From assembly GCA_036012755.1 (NCBI GenBank), contig DASCPX010000129.1, forward strand, positions 128,001 to 192,000: a stretch of 64,000 nt of DNA, given 5' to 3'. Origin of the DNA: Myxococcota bacterium (GTDB taxonomy: Bacteria; Myxococcota_A; UBA796; CAJQPC01). Positions within the stretch are counted from its first letter, which is position 1; each line of letters opens with the position of its first letter. The position numbers and the translations under genes were made by a program. Shown here one piece after another: positions 1-9,379 of this stretch. The notes under the pieces were generated by a model. The model searched no databases. It worked only from the letters and a program-made list of their open reading frames with translations, and was not told the DNA's origin.

Positions 1-3000
1 AGCCCGCCGACGCCTGGTTGGGCGCCCTTGGGCATGGTGATGTGTTCAGTGACCTCGCCGGCCGAGGTCCCCGCGGTCGCGACGGTCTCCACCGGGATCG
101 GTCGCTCGATCGGGATGGTCACCTCCACGCGGTCACGATCCGGTCCGGCCTCGACGTCGAAGGTGAAGACGGCCTCGCCAGGCTCCGGCTCCTGGAGCTC
201 GAAGGCGACCTCGACGTTGCCCCGAGCTGGCACGGTGACGCTTGTGGTGCCATCGATCAGCTCCACGCCGACGGCCTCTGCGACGACCGCGACCTCGCGG
301 TCCTCGTCCACGTTGTTGTGCACGACGATGCCGGCCCGGGCCCGGTCACCGACCCGCAACAGCCGCGGCAGGGCAGGCTGCGCGATGAGGGGTCGGCTGA
401 CCTGGATCTCCCGCTCGGCGCTGCCGAAGCCCTCGGCCTCGTGGAGGACCACAGCCATGATCCTGAAGGTCGTGAGGTCGTCCGGCAGGGTGAAGGTCAC
501 CCGGACCTTGCCCTCTGCGTCGGCCTCCAGATCCGGCTCCCAGAGGGGAGTCGTCTCGAAGCGTGAGCGCAGGGCGGGCCCGGAGTCGCCGCCGCCGCCG
601 CCGGCTGGGGCGCCCTTGACCAGCAGCGCGCCGCGGTCGAGCACCTGCCGGCGGGAGTCGGCGGTGCGCACGTTCAAGGGATGGCTGCGCCAGTAGCGGT
701 CGAAGGGATCCGGGGTCTCGTAGGCGGTCAGGCTGAGGACGCCGTGGTCGACGGCGTAGAGCACCACCTGGGCGCCCTCGGCAGGGCTGCCGTTGCGCGT
801 GACCGAGACATCGACGGTGACATTCTGGCCGGGCTGGTACACCGAGTCGTCGCTCTCGATCGCGACGTCCAGGTGGCGACCCTCGGCGGAGACCTCGAGC
901 TCGGTGTAGCCGAGGTGCCAGCTCGGCGTTCCGGCGTCCGGGGAGTCCGCGGGCGGCGCGCTCTCGGTGAGCAGGACGGAGACGAAGACGTTGGGTGCGG
1001 CCTGCTCCGTCAGCGGGATCTCGACGGTCTCGGCAGCGGTCGCCAGCTTCACGACGCGGCGATCGAGGATGCGCTCGCGTTCTACGGTGATCAGGGCGGT
1101 CATGCCCTCCTTCGGGGCCTTCACGAGCAGCTTGGCCGTGTCGCCCGGGGCGTAGCTGCGCTTGTCGGGGACGAGCTCGACGAGGTTGTCGTCTCCGCGC
1201 GCCCAGCTGGCGCCGGAGCCCGCGACGTAGAGGCCTGCTTCGCCCTTGCTGGTCCGGCCCTCGCTGTCCTTCGCGCTGGCGCTGATGACGTAGTAGCCGG
1301 CCTCCTTCGGTGTGAAGGGCACCTTCGCGGCGGTCTCCTCGGAGCTCACGGTTGCCGTCTCGACGGCCTCGTCGGTGGGCTCGCTCTCCCAGGTCCAGTA
1401 GCCGTCCATGCCTTTCTTCCGGACGACGTCCCAGGTGCGCCTGGAGATGACGACATCGACCGGCACCCCGGCCTGGACCGTGCCCTCGGGGCTCACCGTG
1501 ACGAACTCGAAGGCGGCGCCCTCACCGGCCCTGCCCAGACCGGTCGTGCTTCGGAGGCCCACGTAGAAGCTGGCTGGATGCACCAGCGTGTGGGCCCGGT
1601 TCGCGACCCGTTGGCGGGCGGAGTCGGTGACCTGGACCTCGAGCTCGACCTCGAGGGTTCGGGCCTCGTCGCTGACGGGGACCGTCACGGAGAAGGGGAT
1701 CGCGCCGGTGGCGTCCAGGACGCCCGTTCCCTCTGCGAGGGTCTCTATGCCCTGGTACTCACGCTCCCACCATCCCCTGCTCTCGTCGCCGGCGAAGGTG
1801 AAATCGTCCCAGCCCTCCGGGCGTGGGCGGACCTCTGAAGCGCGGGCGACCCAGCGGGCCTCTGCGCCTCCCATGGCAGCTCCAAAGAGGAAGTTGCCGG
1901 TACCGGTGGCCTCGAGCTCATCACCGGCGATGCCGTGCTCGTCGGCCGAGACCTCGACCCTGAAGCTCGGCGCCCGGTAGGTGTGCACAGGCACGCTCGC
2001 GTAGGTGCTGCCTTGCAGTCCGTCCTTCGTCGCGAACTCGATCGAGCAGCCGGCGGAGCCCATCGCCATCTCTTCCGGCAGCTCGACGTCGAAGGAGAGG
2101 TGGCCATCATCGACCGTTGCCGCTCCATCGAGGAGCACAGCCCCGCGCGCGTCGCTGCAGCTCCAGTTGGCTTCGGCCGGCACGATTGCGAGACCCTCGT
2201 GGTTGGCGAGGCGGGCGCTGGCGGCCACGTGAGCGGTGTCGCCTGGCTTGTAGACGCCGCGGTCGGTGAAGCTGAAGGTCCGCAGCTCGCGGTCATCGTC
2301 CGCGCTGCCGCTGTAGCTCAGGTCGAAGTCCCAGAGGTACAGATCGTGGGGGTTGTCGGAGCTGGTGATTGCCGTGTCGCCGTCGCTCTGGACGACGGCG
2401 AAGATCGGCTCGGACCAGTACCGCCAGCCGGGCTCGACGACATCGGTGGAGACGGCGAGGCCGTCATCGTCGGTCACCCCCGTCCAGATGTTCCTTCTGC
2501 CGCGCACCAGCGTGACCGTGGCGCCGGCGACGGGCTCGCCATCGGAGAGGCGCGTGACCCAGGTGGTGACGCCGGAGGGGCCGGCCTTGACAGTCGTGCC
2601 AAGGTCCGAGACCTGGAGCAGCGCCTTCTGGTAGTAGGCGCTGCCGTCGTAGCGCGTCACCGATGGGCTCGACGTCTCGACCAGCAGCAGGGTGTCGCCC
2701 CGCTCCAGCCATGGGGCGAGGTCGATCCTGTCGATGTGGATGCTGTCGTCCTTTGCGCGAGCCGTGAAGAGCTTCTCTGGCTTCGCGACCTTGCGGCTCC
2801 GCGAGTCCATCAGGTTCGAGCCGCCACCAAGGACCGCGATGACCTGGTCGACGGTCAGAGCCTTCACGCCGACGGAGAGCTCGGAGACGTTGCGGGTTCG
2901 AGCCGGGAGCTCGGTCGGGTTCGTCGACGGGTAGAGCTTGGGGCCGCTCGCGGCGTCGACCATCGGGTCCATGTGACCTGTCGTGAAGCTCCACTCCAGC

Positions 3001-4091
3001 GGGGTCGCGTACTCCTGGCCGTGGCTGTCCTTCCAGCCACCCTCGACCTTCACGGTGTACTCGGTCATCGGCTCCAGCCGGACTCCATGACTCCAGGTCC
3101 AGTAGCTGTAGGCCTCCGCGGGATCCCAGCCGTCCGGGGGTTCTGGGCTGATCGAGATCTTCGCTCCGAGCTCCGCGGCGTCCGTCACCGTCGCGAGCTC
3201 CAGGCGGATCGCCGTGTAGGGATCCACCTCCCTGCCCGTGGGTTGGTGATCGGCGATCCCCGGAGGTGGGTAGGTCGAGAACGACAGCTCGAGCTCGCTC
3301 CCGGTGCCGCGGGAGCCCTCCATCCCGGGCAGGCCGGCGGCCAGGACGAGCTGGTAGGACGTGTTCGGGGCAAGGGTCGCCTCGAGGAGCACGGCGCGCT
3401 CGAGCTCCTTGGGGATGCGCACGTCGTCGAGGCTCTCGGGCTCCGGGCGAGAGGCCGTGAACTGGATGGAGTTCCCGGAGGTGTCGGCGATCGTCGTGCG
3501 AACGCGCACTTCTTCGGGGTCGGTGGGCTGATCGAAGACCAGGAGGATCGGGTCCTCCGGGTTGGCCTGGTCGGTGCCCTCACGAGGCCAGGTGCGACGC
3601 AGTTCGGGTGGCGCGGTGTGGAAGGTCCAGCTGAGCGCTTTCTCCAGTGAGCTGCCGTCTGTGGCCACGGTGCCGGCGGGCACGCTGCAAGTGATGTTGG
3701 AGCTGCGGGGGAAGTGGCCGCCCTCGGGTGAGAAGACGGCTGTGGTGGTCCCTGCCCACCGGGCGAGGCCCTCGACGCTGTCGCAGGACAGCGGCACCGT
3801 CGCCTCGTCGATGCTCGTGAGCGCCGTGAGGGGCCTGTCGAAGACCACGATGGCTTGCATCGGTCGGGCCTGGTCGCCTGTCGGACCGACGAAGCCAACC
3901 TGCAGACCCGCGCCGACGTCGATCTCGCCGGCTGGCGAGAGGTCGCCTCGGCCTATTGGGAGGATCTCGGCGAAGAACGCGGCGGCCGGTTCCACCTCGA
4001 GCGCGCTCGCGGCAGCCTTCCGCTTGGGACCGAGTGTCCGGGTCTGGACGTCATCGTCGCCCCAGCACGCAAGGGCTAGCATGAGCAACAC
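1..4091 (-). CDS. Bacterial alpha-2-macroglobulin family lipoprotein (YfhM-like), 3' part outside the window
   Basis: Open minus frame running off the left edge, so absent from the ORF track. GTG start 4091 after GGAGGT; N-terminus MLLMLALAC (lipobox). Near 1-600 it reads LRSRFETTPLWEPDLEADAEGKVRVTFTLPDDLTTFRIMAV...QPALPRLLRVGD, the typical A2M domain; FTDRGVYKPGD (MG2) near 2240-2270. Confidence 0.9.
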   Translation of the reverse strand, partial: MLLMLALACWGDDDVQTRTLGPKRKAAASALEVEPAAAFFAEILPIGRGDLSPAGEIDVGAGLQVGFVGPTGDQARPMQAIVVFDRPLTALTSIDEATVPLSCDSVEGLARWAGTTTAVFSPEGGHFPRSSNITCSVPAGTVATDGSSLEKALSWTFHTAPPELRRTWPREGTDQANPEDPILLVFDQPTDPEEVRVRTTIADTSGNSIQFTASRPEPESLDDVRIPKELERAVLLEATLAPNTSYQLVLAAGLPGMEGSRGTGSELELSFSTYPPPGIADHQPTGREVDPYTAIRLELATVTDAAELGAKISISPEPPDGWDPAEAYSYWTWSHGVRLEPMTEYTVKVEGGWKDSHGQEYATPLEWSFTTGHMDPMVDAASGPKLYPSTNPTELPARTRNVSELSVGVKALTVDQVIAVLGGGSNLMDSRSRKVAKPEKLFTARAKDDSIHIDRIDLAPWLERGDTLLLVETSSPSVTRYDGSAYYQKALLQVSDLGTTVKAGPSGVTTWVTRLSDGEPVAGATVTLVRGRRNIWTGVTDDDGLAVSTDVVEPGWRYWSEPIFAVVQSDGDTAITSSDNPHDLYLWDFDLSYSGSADDDRELRTFSFTDRGVYKPGDTAHVAASARLANHEGLAIVPAEANWSCSDARGAVLLDGAATVDDGHLSFDVELPEEMAMGSAGCSIEFATKDGLQGSTYASVPVHTYRAPSFRVEVSADEHGIAGDELEATGTGNFLFGAAMGGAEARWVARASEVRPRPEGWDDFTFAGDESRGWWEREYQGIETLAEGTGVLDATGAIPFSVTVPVSDEARTLEVELEVQVTDSARQRVANRAHTLVHPASFYVGLRSTTGLGRAGEGAAFEFVTVSPEGTVQAGVPVDVVISRRTWDVVRKKGMDGYWTWESEPTDEAVETATVSSEETAAKVPFTPKEAGYYVISASAKDSEGRTSKGEAGLYVAGSGASWARGDDNLVELVPDKRSYAPGDTAKLLVKAPKEGMTALITVERERILDRRVVKLATAAETVEIPLTEQAAPNVFVSVLLTESAPPADSPDAGTPSWHLGYTELEVSAEGRHLDVAIESDDSVYQPGQNVTVDVSVTRNGSPAEGAQVVLYAVDHGVLSLTAYETPDPFDRYWRSHPLNVRTADSRRQVLDRGALLVKGAPAGGGGGDSGPALRSRFETTPLWEPDLEADAEGKVRVTFTLPDDLTTFRIMAVVLHEAEGFGSAEREIQVSRPLIAQPALPRLLRVGDRARAGIVVHNNVDEDREVAVVAEAVGVELIDGTTSVTVPARGNVEVAFELQEPEPGEAVFTFDVEAGPDRDRVEVTIPIERPIPVETVATAGTSAGEVTEHITMPKGAQPGVGG

Positions 4092-4126
4092 CGTGCACCT
4101 CCGAAGGGGGAGGATAGGGTACGGAG

Positions 4127-5239
4127 GTGCAGGAATCCTGGCTGGACCGGGCTCCTTCCCACTCGGATGAGCTCCCGACCCGCTGCGACGTGTTGGTGGT
4201 CGGCGGCGGGCTGGCTGGCATCGGGTGCGCGCTGGAGTTGGCACGCGGGGGCGCCTCGGTCGTACTCTGCGAGGCCTCGGACCGCCTGGGCGGCGGTTCC
4301 ATCGGTCGTGACCCGGGCCTGGTCCAGGTCGGAACCAGCGAGCACACCCACCGCCTGCGAGCGGCGCTGGGTGACACGCGCTGCGCCGACTACCTCGCGG
4401 TCTCGCGGCGATCTTCCGCGCTTTTGAGCGAGCACGTCGCGGTGCGCGAGGGCCTCGTGCGCCTCGGTCTCGGGGCGGAGGTCGATGAGCTCGAAGCGGC
4501 CGTCGAGGCGGCCGTCGAGCTGGGTCTTCAGAGCCGCTTGGAGGAGACGGTGGCGGGTCCTGCACGCTCTGTCGAGGGCGATGGCCTGGTCGATCCAGTC
4601 GAGCTCGTCGAGGTCCTCGCGGCCAAGGCTCGGGAGGCCGGAGCCAGGCTGGTGACGCGCGCCCGGGTCCGTCACATCGCGCCGGGTCCGAGGGCTCGCG
4701 TCGACTGGCGGGAGCTGAGCTGCGAGATGGTGATCTACACCGCGGGGTACCAGACCCAGGGTCTCGACCGCTGGTTCGACGACAAGCTCTACCCGGTGCG
4801 CCTGCAGACGCTTGCCTTCGAGGGGGAGCTGCCGTTGGAGGGCGCGTCCGCTCAGCACGGCTACCTCACCTGGCGGCGGACCCCATGGGGCGTGCTGGCC
4901 GGTGGGGCCCGGTGGGCCACGCCGCACATGGAGCTCGGCGAGACCGACCCTGTGTGCTCAGCCATGGTCGGAGCCCGGATCTCGGCGATGACGGCCCGGA
5001 CCTTCCCCTCCGTCTCGAACGAGATCCTCGCCGCGCAGGCCCGCATCGAGTGCTTCACCTGCGACAACCTGCCGCTGGTCGGAGCCCTGCCCGGTCAGCC
5101 CCGGAAGCTGGTCTGCACCGGCTTCGGGGAGCACGCACTGTCACTGGCTCCAGGCTGCGCGGAAGGGCTCGCGCGGAGCATCCTCACAGGCGAAGCTGCC
5201 CTGCCCGAGCTGCTCTGTCCTGGCCGGATGGTGCTCTGA
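4127..5239 (+). CDS. FAD-dependent oxidoreductase (DAO/glycine oxidase-like)
   Basis: DVLVVGGGLAG Rossmann motif; C-terminal TCDNLPLVG...TGFGEHALSLAPG typical of the DAO family. Confidence 0.85.
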   Translation: MQESWLDRAPSHSDELPTRCDVLVVGGGLAGIGCALELARGGASVVLCEASDRLGGGSIGRDPGLVQVGTSEHTHRLRAALGDTRCADYLAVSRRSSALLSEHVAVREGLVRLGLGAEVDELEAAVEAAVELGLQSRLEETVAGPARSVEGDGLVDPVELVEVLAAKAREAGARLVTRARVRHIAPGPRARVDWRELSCEMVIYTAGYQTQGLDRWFDDKLYPVRLQTLAFEGELPLEGASAQHGYLTWRRTPWGVLAGGARWATPHMELGETDPVCSAMVGARISAMTARTFPSVSNEILAAQARIECFTCDNLPLVGALPGQPRKLVCTGFGEHALSLAPGCAEGLARSILTGEAALPELLCPGRMVL

Positions 5240-5245
5240 GGACGG

Positions 5246-5734
5246 TTAGTCGTCATCGACGGCAAGCTCCAGCTGCCAGTCCATCATGATGCCGACGTGG
5301 GCGTCCTCGACCGAGCCGTCGGGGCCGACGATGACCGTCGTCGGAAAGGTGTCGATGTCGTAGAGCGCCAGGGTCTCCTTGTCGCCGAGCAGGATCGGGT
5401 AGCGCATGTCGAGCTTCTTTCCGAAGGCCTTCAGCCCGGCTGGCGTACCGTCCGCTGCGATGCCGAGCACGGGTACGTCCGGGTGGTCGACGGCGAACTG
5501 GGAGAAGGTCGGGATCTCCGTCCGACAGGGCCCGCACCAGGTCGCCCAGAAGTTCAGGACCACGGTCTGGCCTTTGTAGTCGGACAGCGCGTGGGTCTCT
5601 CCGTCGACGTCCAGCAACACGAACTCGGGAGAGATCTCCGGCAGATCGGGCCCGGGGCGCAAGGCCGAGAAGGCCAGGTAGACAGCCGCCGCGATGGCGA
5701 TGCTGATGCCCCAGTCGCGGAGATAGCGCCACAT
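5246..5734 (-). CDS. TlpA/ResA-like thiol:disulfide oxidoreductase
   Basis: VLNFWATWCGPC motif, cis-Pro motif FPTT, N-terminal TM anchor; start re-called at ATG 5734 (MWRYLRDWG). Confidence 0.9.
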   Translation of the reverse strand: MWRYLRDWGISIAIAAAVYLAFSALRPGPDLPEISPEFVLLDVDGETHALSDYKGQTVVLNFWATWCGPCRTEIPTFSQFAVDHPDVPVLGIAADGTPAGLKAFGKKLDMRYPILLGDKETLALYDIDTFPTTVIVGPDGSVEDAHVGIMMDWQLELAVDDD

Positions 5735-5779
5735 ACTCTCTACGTATGCAGGATCGGGCCCTGCGGATACCCTCGCGGT

Positions 5780-6445
5780 GTGCTGTTGCTGTTTGCCTGC
5801 TCCGAGATCACCCCGATCGAGAGCGACGAGGACTTCACGAATCGCCTTCGCGACGAGGTCGCATCGCGCCTCACCGGGCACACGGTCGAACTCAGCGCCG
5901 AGCTCCAACTGAGCGTCACCGCACCCGACGGCTTCGAGCAGGAGCTCCACCTGGACTCTGTCCGAGCGGACTGCCTGAAGAGCCCTGATGGCTGCAAGCA
6001 GGCAGTGATCGCCTATGTCGATCGACAGGGGCGGATGGCCGAGGCCCGCTCCGAGCCCCTCCGCTTCGCGCTCTTGCGACCGATGCTCTTCAACGGCGGC
6101 GTCGCCCGCGCTCTCGAGCTGGAGCATCGCCCCTTCGTCGAGGACCTCGTCGTCGTGCTCGTCCTGGACAGCGACGACCGCACGCGCATCGTCGACACGA
6201 CCGAGCTTGCTTCCAGAGACTCCGACTTCGACACGGCGCTTTCCTACGCCATGGCCCAGCTGGGCACGGAGCCTCGCCGAGCTGCCGATCGCATGCTGGT
6301 CGCCGAGCTGTGGACCGACGAGTGCGTGAGGCCACTGTCCCCGGATTTGCTGTTGCTCGACGGGGAGCCCGAGCCGGCCTTGGAAGCTCCGAAGCTCTCC
6401 GAGCACCGCTTCTGTTGGCGAGGATCGAGCTGGATTCGGCTATGA
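5780..6445 (+). CDS. Hypothetical lipoprotein
   Basis: GTG start 6 nt after TACCCT; N-terminus MLLLFAC; coding-like codon bias from here on. Confidence 0.65.
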   Translation: MLLLFACSEITPIESDEDFTNRLRDEVASRLTGHTVELSAELQLSVTAPDGFEQELHLDSVRADCLKSPDGCKQAVIAYVDRQGRMAEARSEPLRFALLRPMLFNGGVARALELEHRPFVEDLVVVLVLDSDDRTRIVDTTELASRDSDFDTALSYAMAQLGTEPRRAADRMLVAELWTDECVRPLSPDLLLLDGEPEPALEAPKLSEHRFCWRGSSWIRL

Positions 6446-6473
6446 ACCGGTGCTTCCAGACGTTCTCGTGCAC

Positions 6474-7153
6474 ATGGACGCCACGGTCGCTTCGATCCGC
6501 TTCGGTCTGGGCCCCCGCCCAGGAGAGCTCGCCGACATCGGAGACGCGCCCCGCGACTGGCTGATCCGACAGCTCGGCGCCGCTGGCGGGCCGGATGGGC
6601 CGAGCCGCAGCGAGGTGGTCCACAGGCTCGTCCGTGCCTTCCGGAAGACAGACAAGGACGCCTTCCGGGAGGAGTCCAGGGAGCGCTACCGCGAGGACGC
6701 CGAGGCGGCGGCCCGCTACGCGGTCGAGACCGCCGCGCCCTTCTTCGAGCGGTTGGTGCGTTTCTTCAGCAACCACCTGGCCGTCAGCATCGACAGGCCG
6801 GAGATCGCCGGCCTCGTCGGAAGCTACGAGCGGCACGCCATCCGGCCGAACCTCCGCGGCAGCTATGCCCGCCTGCTCATCGCCTCCGTCATGCACCCGG
6901 CGATGCTCATCTACCTGGACAACAACGGCTCCATCGGCCCGAACAGCAAGGTCGGTCAGCGCAAGGGCAAGGGCCTCAACGAGAACCTCGCCAGGGAGAT
7001 CCTGGAGCTCCACACCCTGGGAGTGGACGGAGGCTACGAGCAGGCCGATGTCGAGGGCTTCGCCCGCATCCTCACCTGCTGGTCCTGGGGCGCGATCTGA
7101 GCCGGCGCGAGCTCGCTCTCTGGCTGGCCAGCCCGGAGTTCCAGCGCCGATGA
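6474..7153 (+). pseudogene. DUF1800 family gene with internal out-of-frame deletion
   Basis: ERLVRFFSNH, HPAMLIYLDN and NENLAREILELHTLG are DUF1800 motifs. The frame stops at 7100, but the family's usual C-terminus (LALWLASPEFQRR*) survives in another frame at 7112-7153. Confidence 0.8.
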
Positions 7154-7752
7154 GCAGTCGTCGCCAGTTCCTCCTCGGGAGCGCATCGTTGGGGCTGCTG
7201 GGCCTCTCCGAGCCGGTCTTCGCGCGGCCGAAGGCCCGCTTCGTGCTCCTGATCCTCCGCGGTGGGCTCGATGGGCTCAGCACGCTGGTGCCCTACGGCG
7301 GCCCCCACCACGCCCAGGCGCGTGGAGACGCTGCTGTGAGCGAGTTCTTCGACCTCGACGGTTTCTTCGGTCTGCACGAGTCCCTCGACCCGATCCGGCC
7401 CCTCTGGCGTCGCGGCGAGCTCCTGCCGGTCCACGCGGTCGGGCTGCCCTATCGGGAGCGGTCCCACTTCGACGCCCAGGATCTGTTGGAGAACGGCACG
7501 TCCAGCCCCAACGGTGCGCGGGATGGCTGGCTCGACCGGGCGCTGCGCATCACCGGGCTCAGCGGCGGGCGTGTGCTCTGCGACTGGCCGGGCCTGGACG
7601 AGCTGTACGAGGGCCGCGATCTGCGGGCCACCACGGACGTGCGCGGGCTCTTCAAGGGAGTCCTCCGAGACCACCTCGGCGTCGCAGTCTCAGATCTCGA
7701 CGAGGTGGTCTTCCCGGACAGCGAAGCGGTGCGGCCGGTCACTCTGGGCTGA
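7150..7752 (+). pseudogene. DUF1501 family protein, Tat signal, in-frame internally deleted (~200 aa)
   Basis: MSSRRQFLLG twin-Arg signal; LRGGLDGL and RSHFDAQD motifs; jumps from WLDRAL directly to the C-terminal GGRVLCDWPGL...YEGRDL...D.R block. ATGA-coupled to the DUF1800 remnant. Confidence 0.75.
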
Positions 7753-9379
7753 GCGCGGCCCTCGGGATGGAGTAGACGGTGGTCGTCGCCGTCCTCGCGT
7801 TGAAGGACTCCAGGGGCTCGAAGTTCGCGACGACCCAGGCGTCGAGCTCCTCGTTGGCGGCGTCGGCGACGCCGGTGACCCGGTTCTCGAGCACGTAGGG
7901 GAGGTCGCCGGAGCCGGTGCACTGCTGCCGGAGCTTGGCGAGGGACTCGGAGAGGGTCAGGTCGGGGGCCTCGGTCGTGCGAGGGCACATCTGGCGCTGG
8001 GCGTGGAAGCTGATGCCCTGGGTTCGCGTGATGATCGAGCCACCCGCGCCAAAGTGGTCCACCACGAACTCGCCGACCTCGCGGTTCTGCCAGCCCTCCT
8101 CCCAGGTGCCGGCCCCCGGACGTCGTTTCTCCAGGTGTGGCCAGGTCACGCACGCGGCGAGCAGGCAGGCCCCGAGCGCGATCCACCCCCCAGGCCAGGG
8201 CTTCCAGAAGCGCTGGATCACCAGGTCCAGCGGTGCGCACATCGAGGCGATGCCGCGACCGACGAGGAGGAAGACGAAGGGGTAGGCGTAGTAGCGGTAC
8301 CGGAAGGGCGCGCGGGCGGCCTCCTGCAACACCACCGGCGCCAGGATCACCAGGAACAGGATCCCCCAGCGCCAGTCCCAGGACAGCCGGCGATGGCGGT
8401 CCTGCGGTGGCAGTCCGATACCGAGCACGCCGAGCCAGAAGGCGACCAGCACCAGGCCCCAGGGCAGCCCTGCGTCCCGCACGAGCGCCAGACCTCGCTG
8501 GATCGCCATTGTCGGGGCGTCGCCCATGCGTTCGGTGACGAACTCGACGGCGGTTGTGAAGCCAGAGCCGGAGCCCGACTGGGCACCCAGGACCCCCTCG
8601 CTGTAGACATGGGTGACCTGGTCCATCGAGAAGTTCGGGTATGGCTCCATGAACCAGCGGAAGGTGAGGAAGCCAGCGCCGAGCAGGATCAGGGGGCCCA
8701 GGAGCCGCCGGCGCCAACTTCCCTGGTGCAACAGCAGCACCAGCGCGCATGGCAGCGGGAACAACAGGCCCATGTAGTGGGTGGCGGTCGCCGTCCCCGC
8801 GGCGACGCCGGCGAGCACGATGGCGATCGCGGGTCCCCGGGTCCCCCAGATCGTGAAGGCAATGAGCAAGGCCACCGAGAGGCTGAAGACCGGATCGACG
8901 CCATAGAGCTGTTGGCTCAGGAGCAGGTCCGGGCTGGTGGCGACGAAGAAGGCGGCCAACAGGGCTGGTCCCCGCCCGCTGGTCATGCGCCCGATCCAGT
9001 AGATGACGAGCGCTGTGAGGTAGCCGGCAAAGTGGTTGGCGAGGTGGCCTCCGAAGACCACGTCGTCGGTCCACAGAGCCATCCCTGCGGTCGCCCAGCC
9101 GTAGACCGGCAGGCGGTGGAGGTCCAGGTAGCCGCCCTCCATCAGGGCTCGGGCGTTCGCGGCCCAGTTCCCGGCGTCCGGTCCGAAGAGCACGAAGTCA
9201 CTGGCGGTGCCGTAGTCCCACCACCACTCCGGCACGTCGAGCTCCGGTACATGGTCCGGCTGTCCGCGCCTCCACGCCGAGGCGCGCATGTACGTGACGA
9301 ACCAGATGGCGCCTGCGTCTGCGAGGATCGCGACCAGGACGCGCAGGATGGGCCACAGGCGCTTCAGCGGAGCCTCCAC
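7739..9379 (-). CDS. Polytopic GT-C fold glycosyltransferase (ArnT/PMT-like)
   Basis: Many TM helices with an extracytoplasmic GPDAGNW loop after TM1. Start re-called at GTG 9379, overlapping the upstream gene's end; the 1025-aa track ORF is an extension over that gene. Confidence 0.65.
   Translation of the reverse strand: MEAPLKRLWPILRVLVAILADAGAIWFVTYMRASAWRRGQPDHVPELDVPEWWWDYGTASDFVLFGPDAGNWAANARALMEGGYLDLHRLPVYGWATAGMALWTDDVVFGGHLANHFAGYLTALVIYWIGRMTSGRGPALLAAFFVATSPDLLLSQQLYGVDPVFSLSVALLIAFTIWGTRGPAIAIVLAGVAAGTATATHYMGLLFPLPCALVLLLHQGSWRRRLLGPLILLGAGFLTFRWFMEPYPNFSMDQVTHVYSEGVLGAQSGSGSGFTTAVEFVTERMGDAPTMAIQRGLALVRDAGLPWGLVLVAFWLGVLGIGLPPQDRHRRLSWDWRWGILFLVILAPVVLQEAARAPFRYRYYAYPFVFLLVGRGIASMCAPLDLVIQRFWKPWPGGWIALGACLLAACVTWPHLEKRRPGAGTWEEGWQNREVGEFVVDHFGAGGSIITRTQGISFHAQRQMCPRTTEAPDLTLSESLAKLRQQCTGSGDLPYVLENRVTGVADAANEELDAWVVANFEPLESFNARTATTTVYSIPRAALSPE

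Noticed and set aside
18..4170. Many plus-strand ORFs (up to 571 aa) over the first 4 kb
   Set aside because: Antisense shadows of the minus-strand alpha-2-macroglobulin frame, which is missing from the track because it has no stop inside the window.
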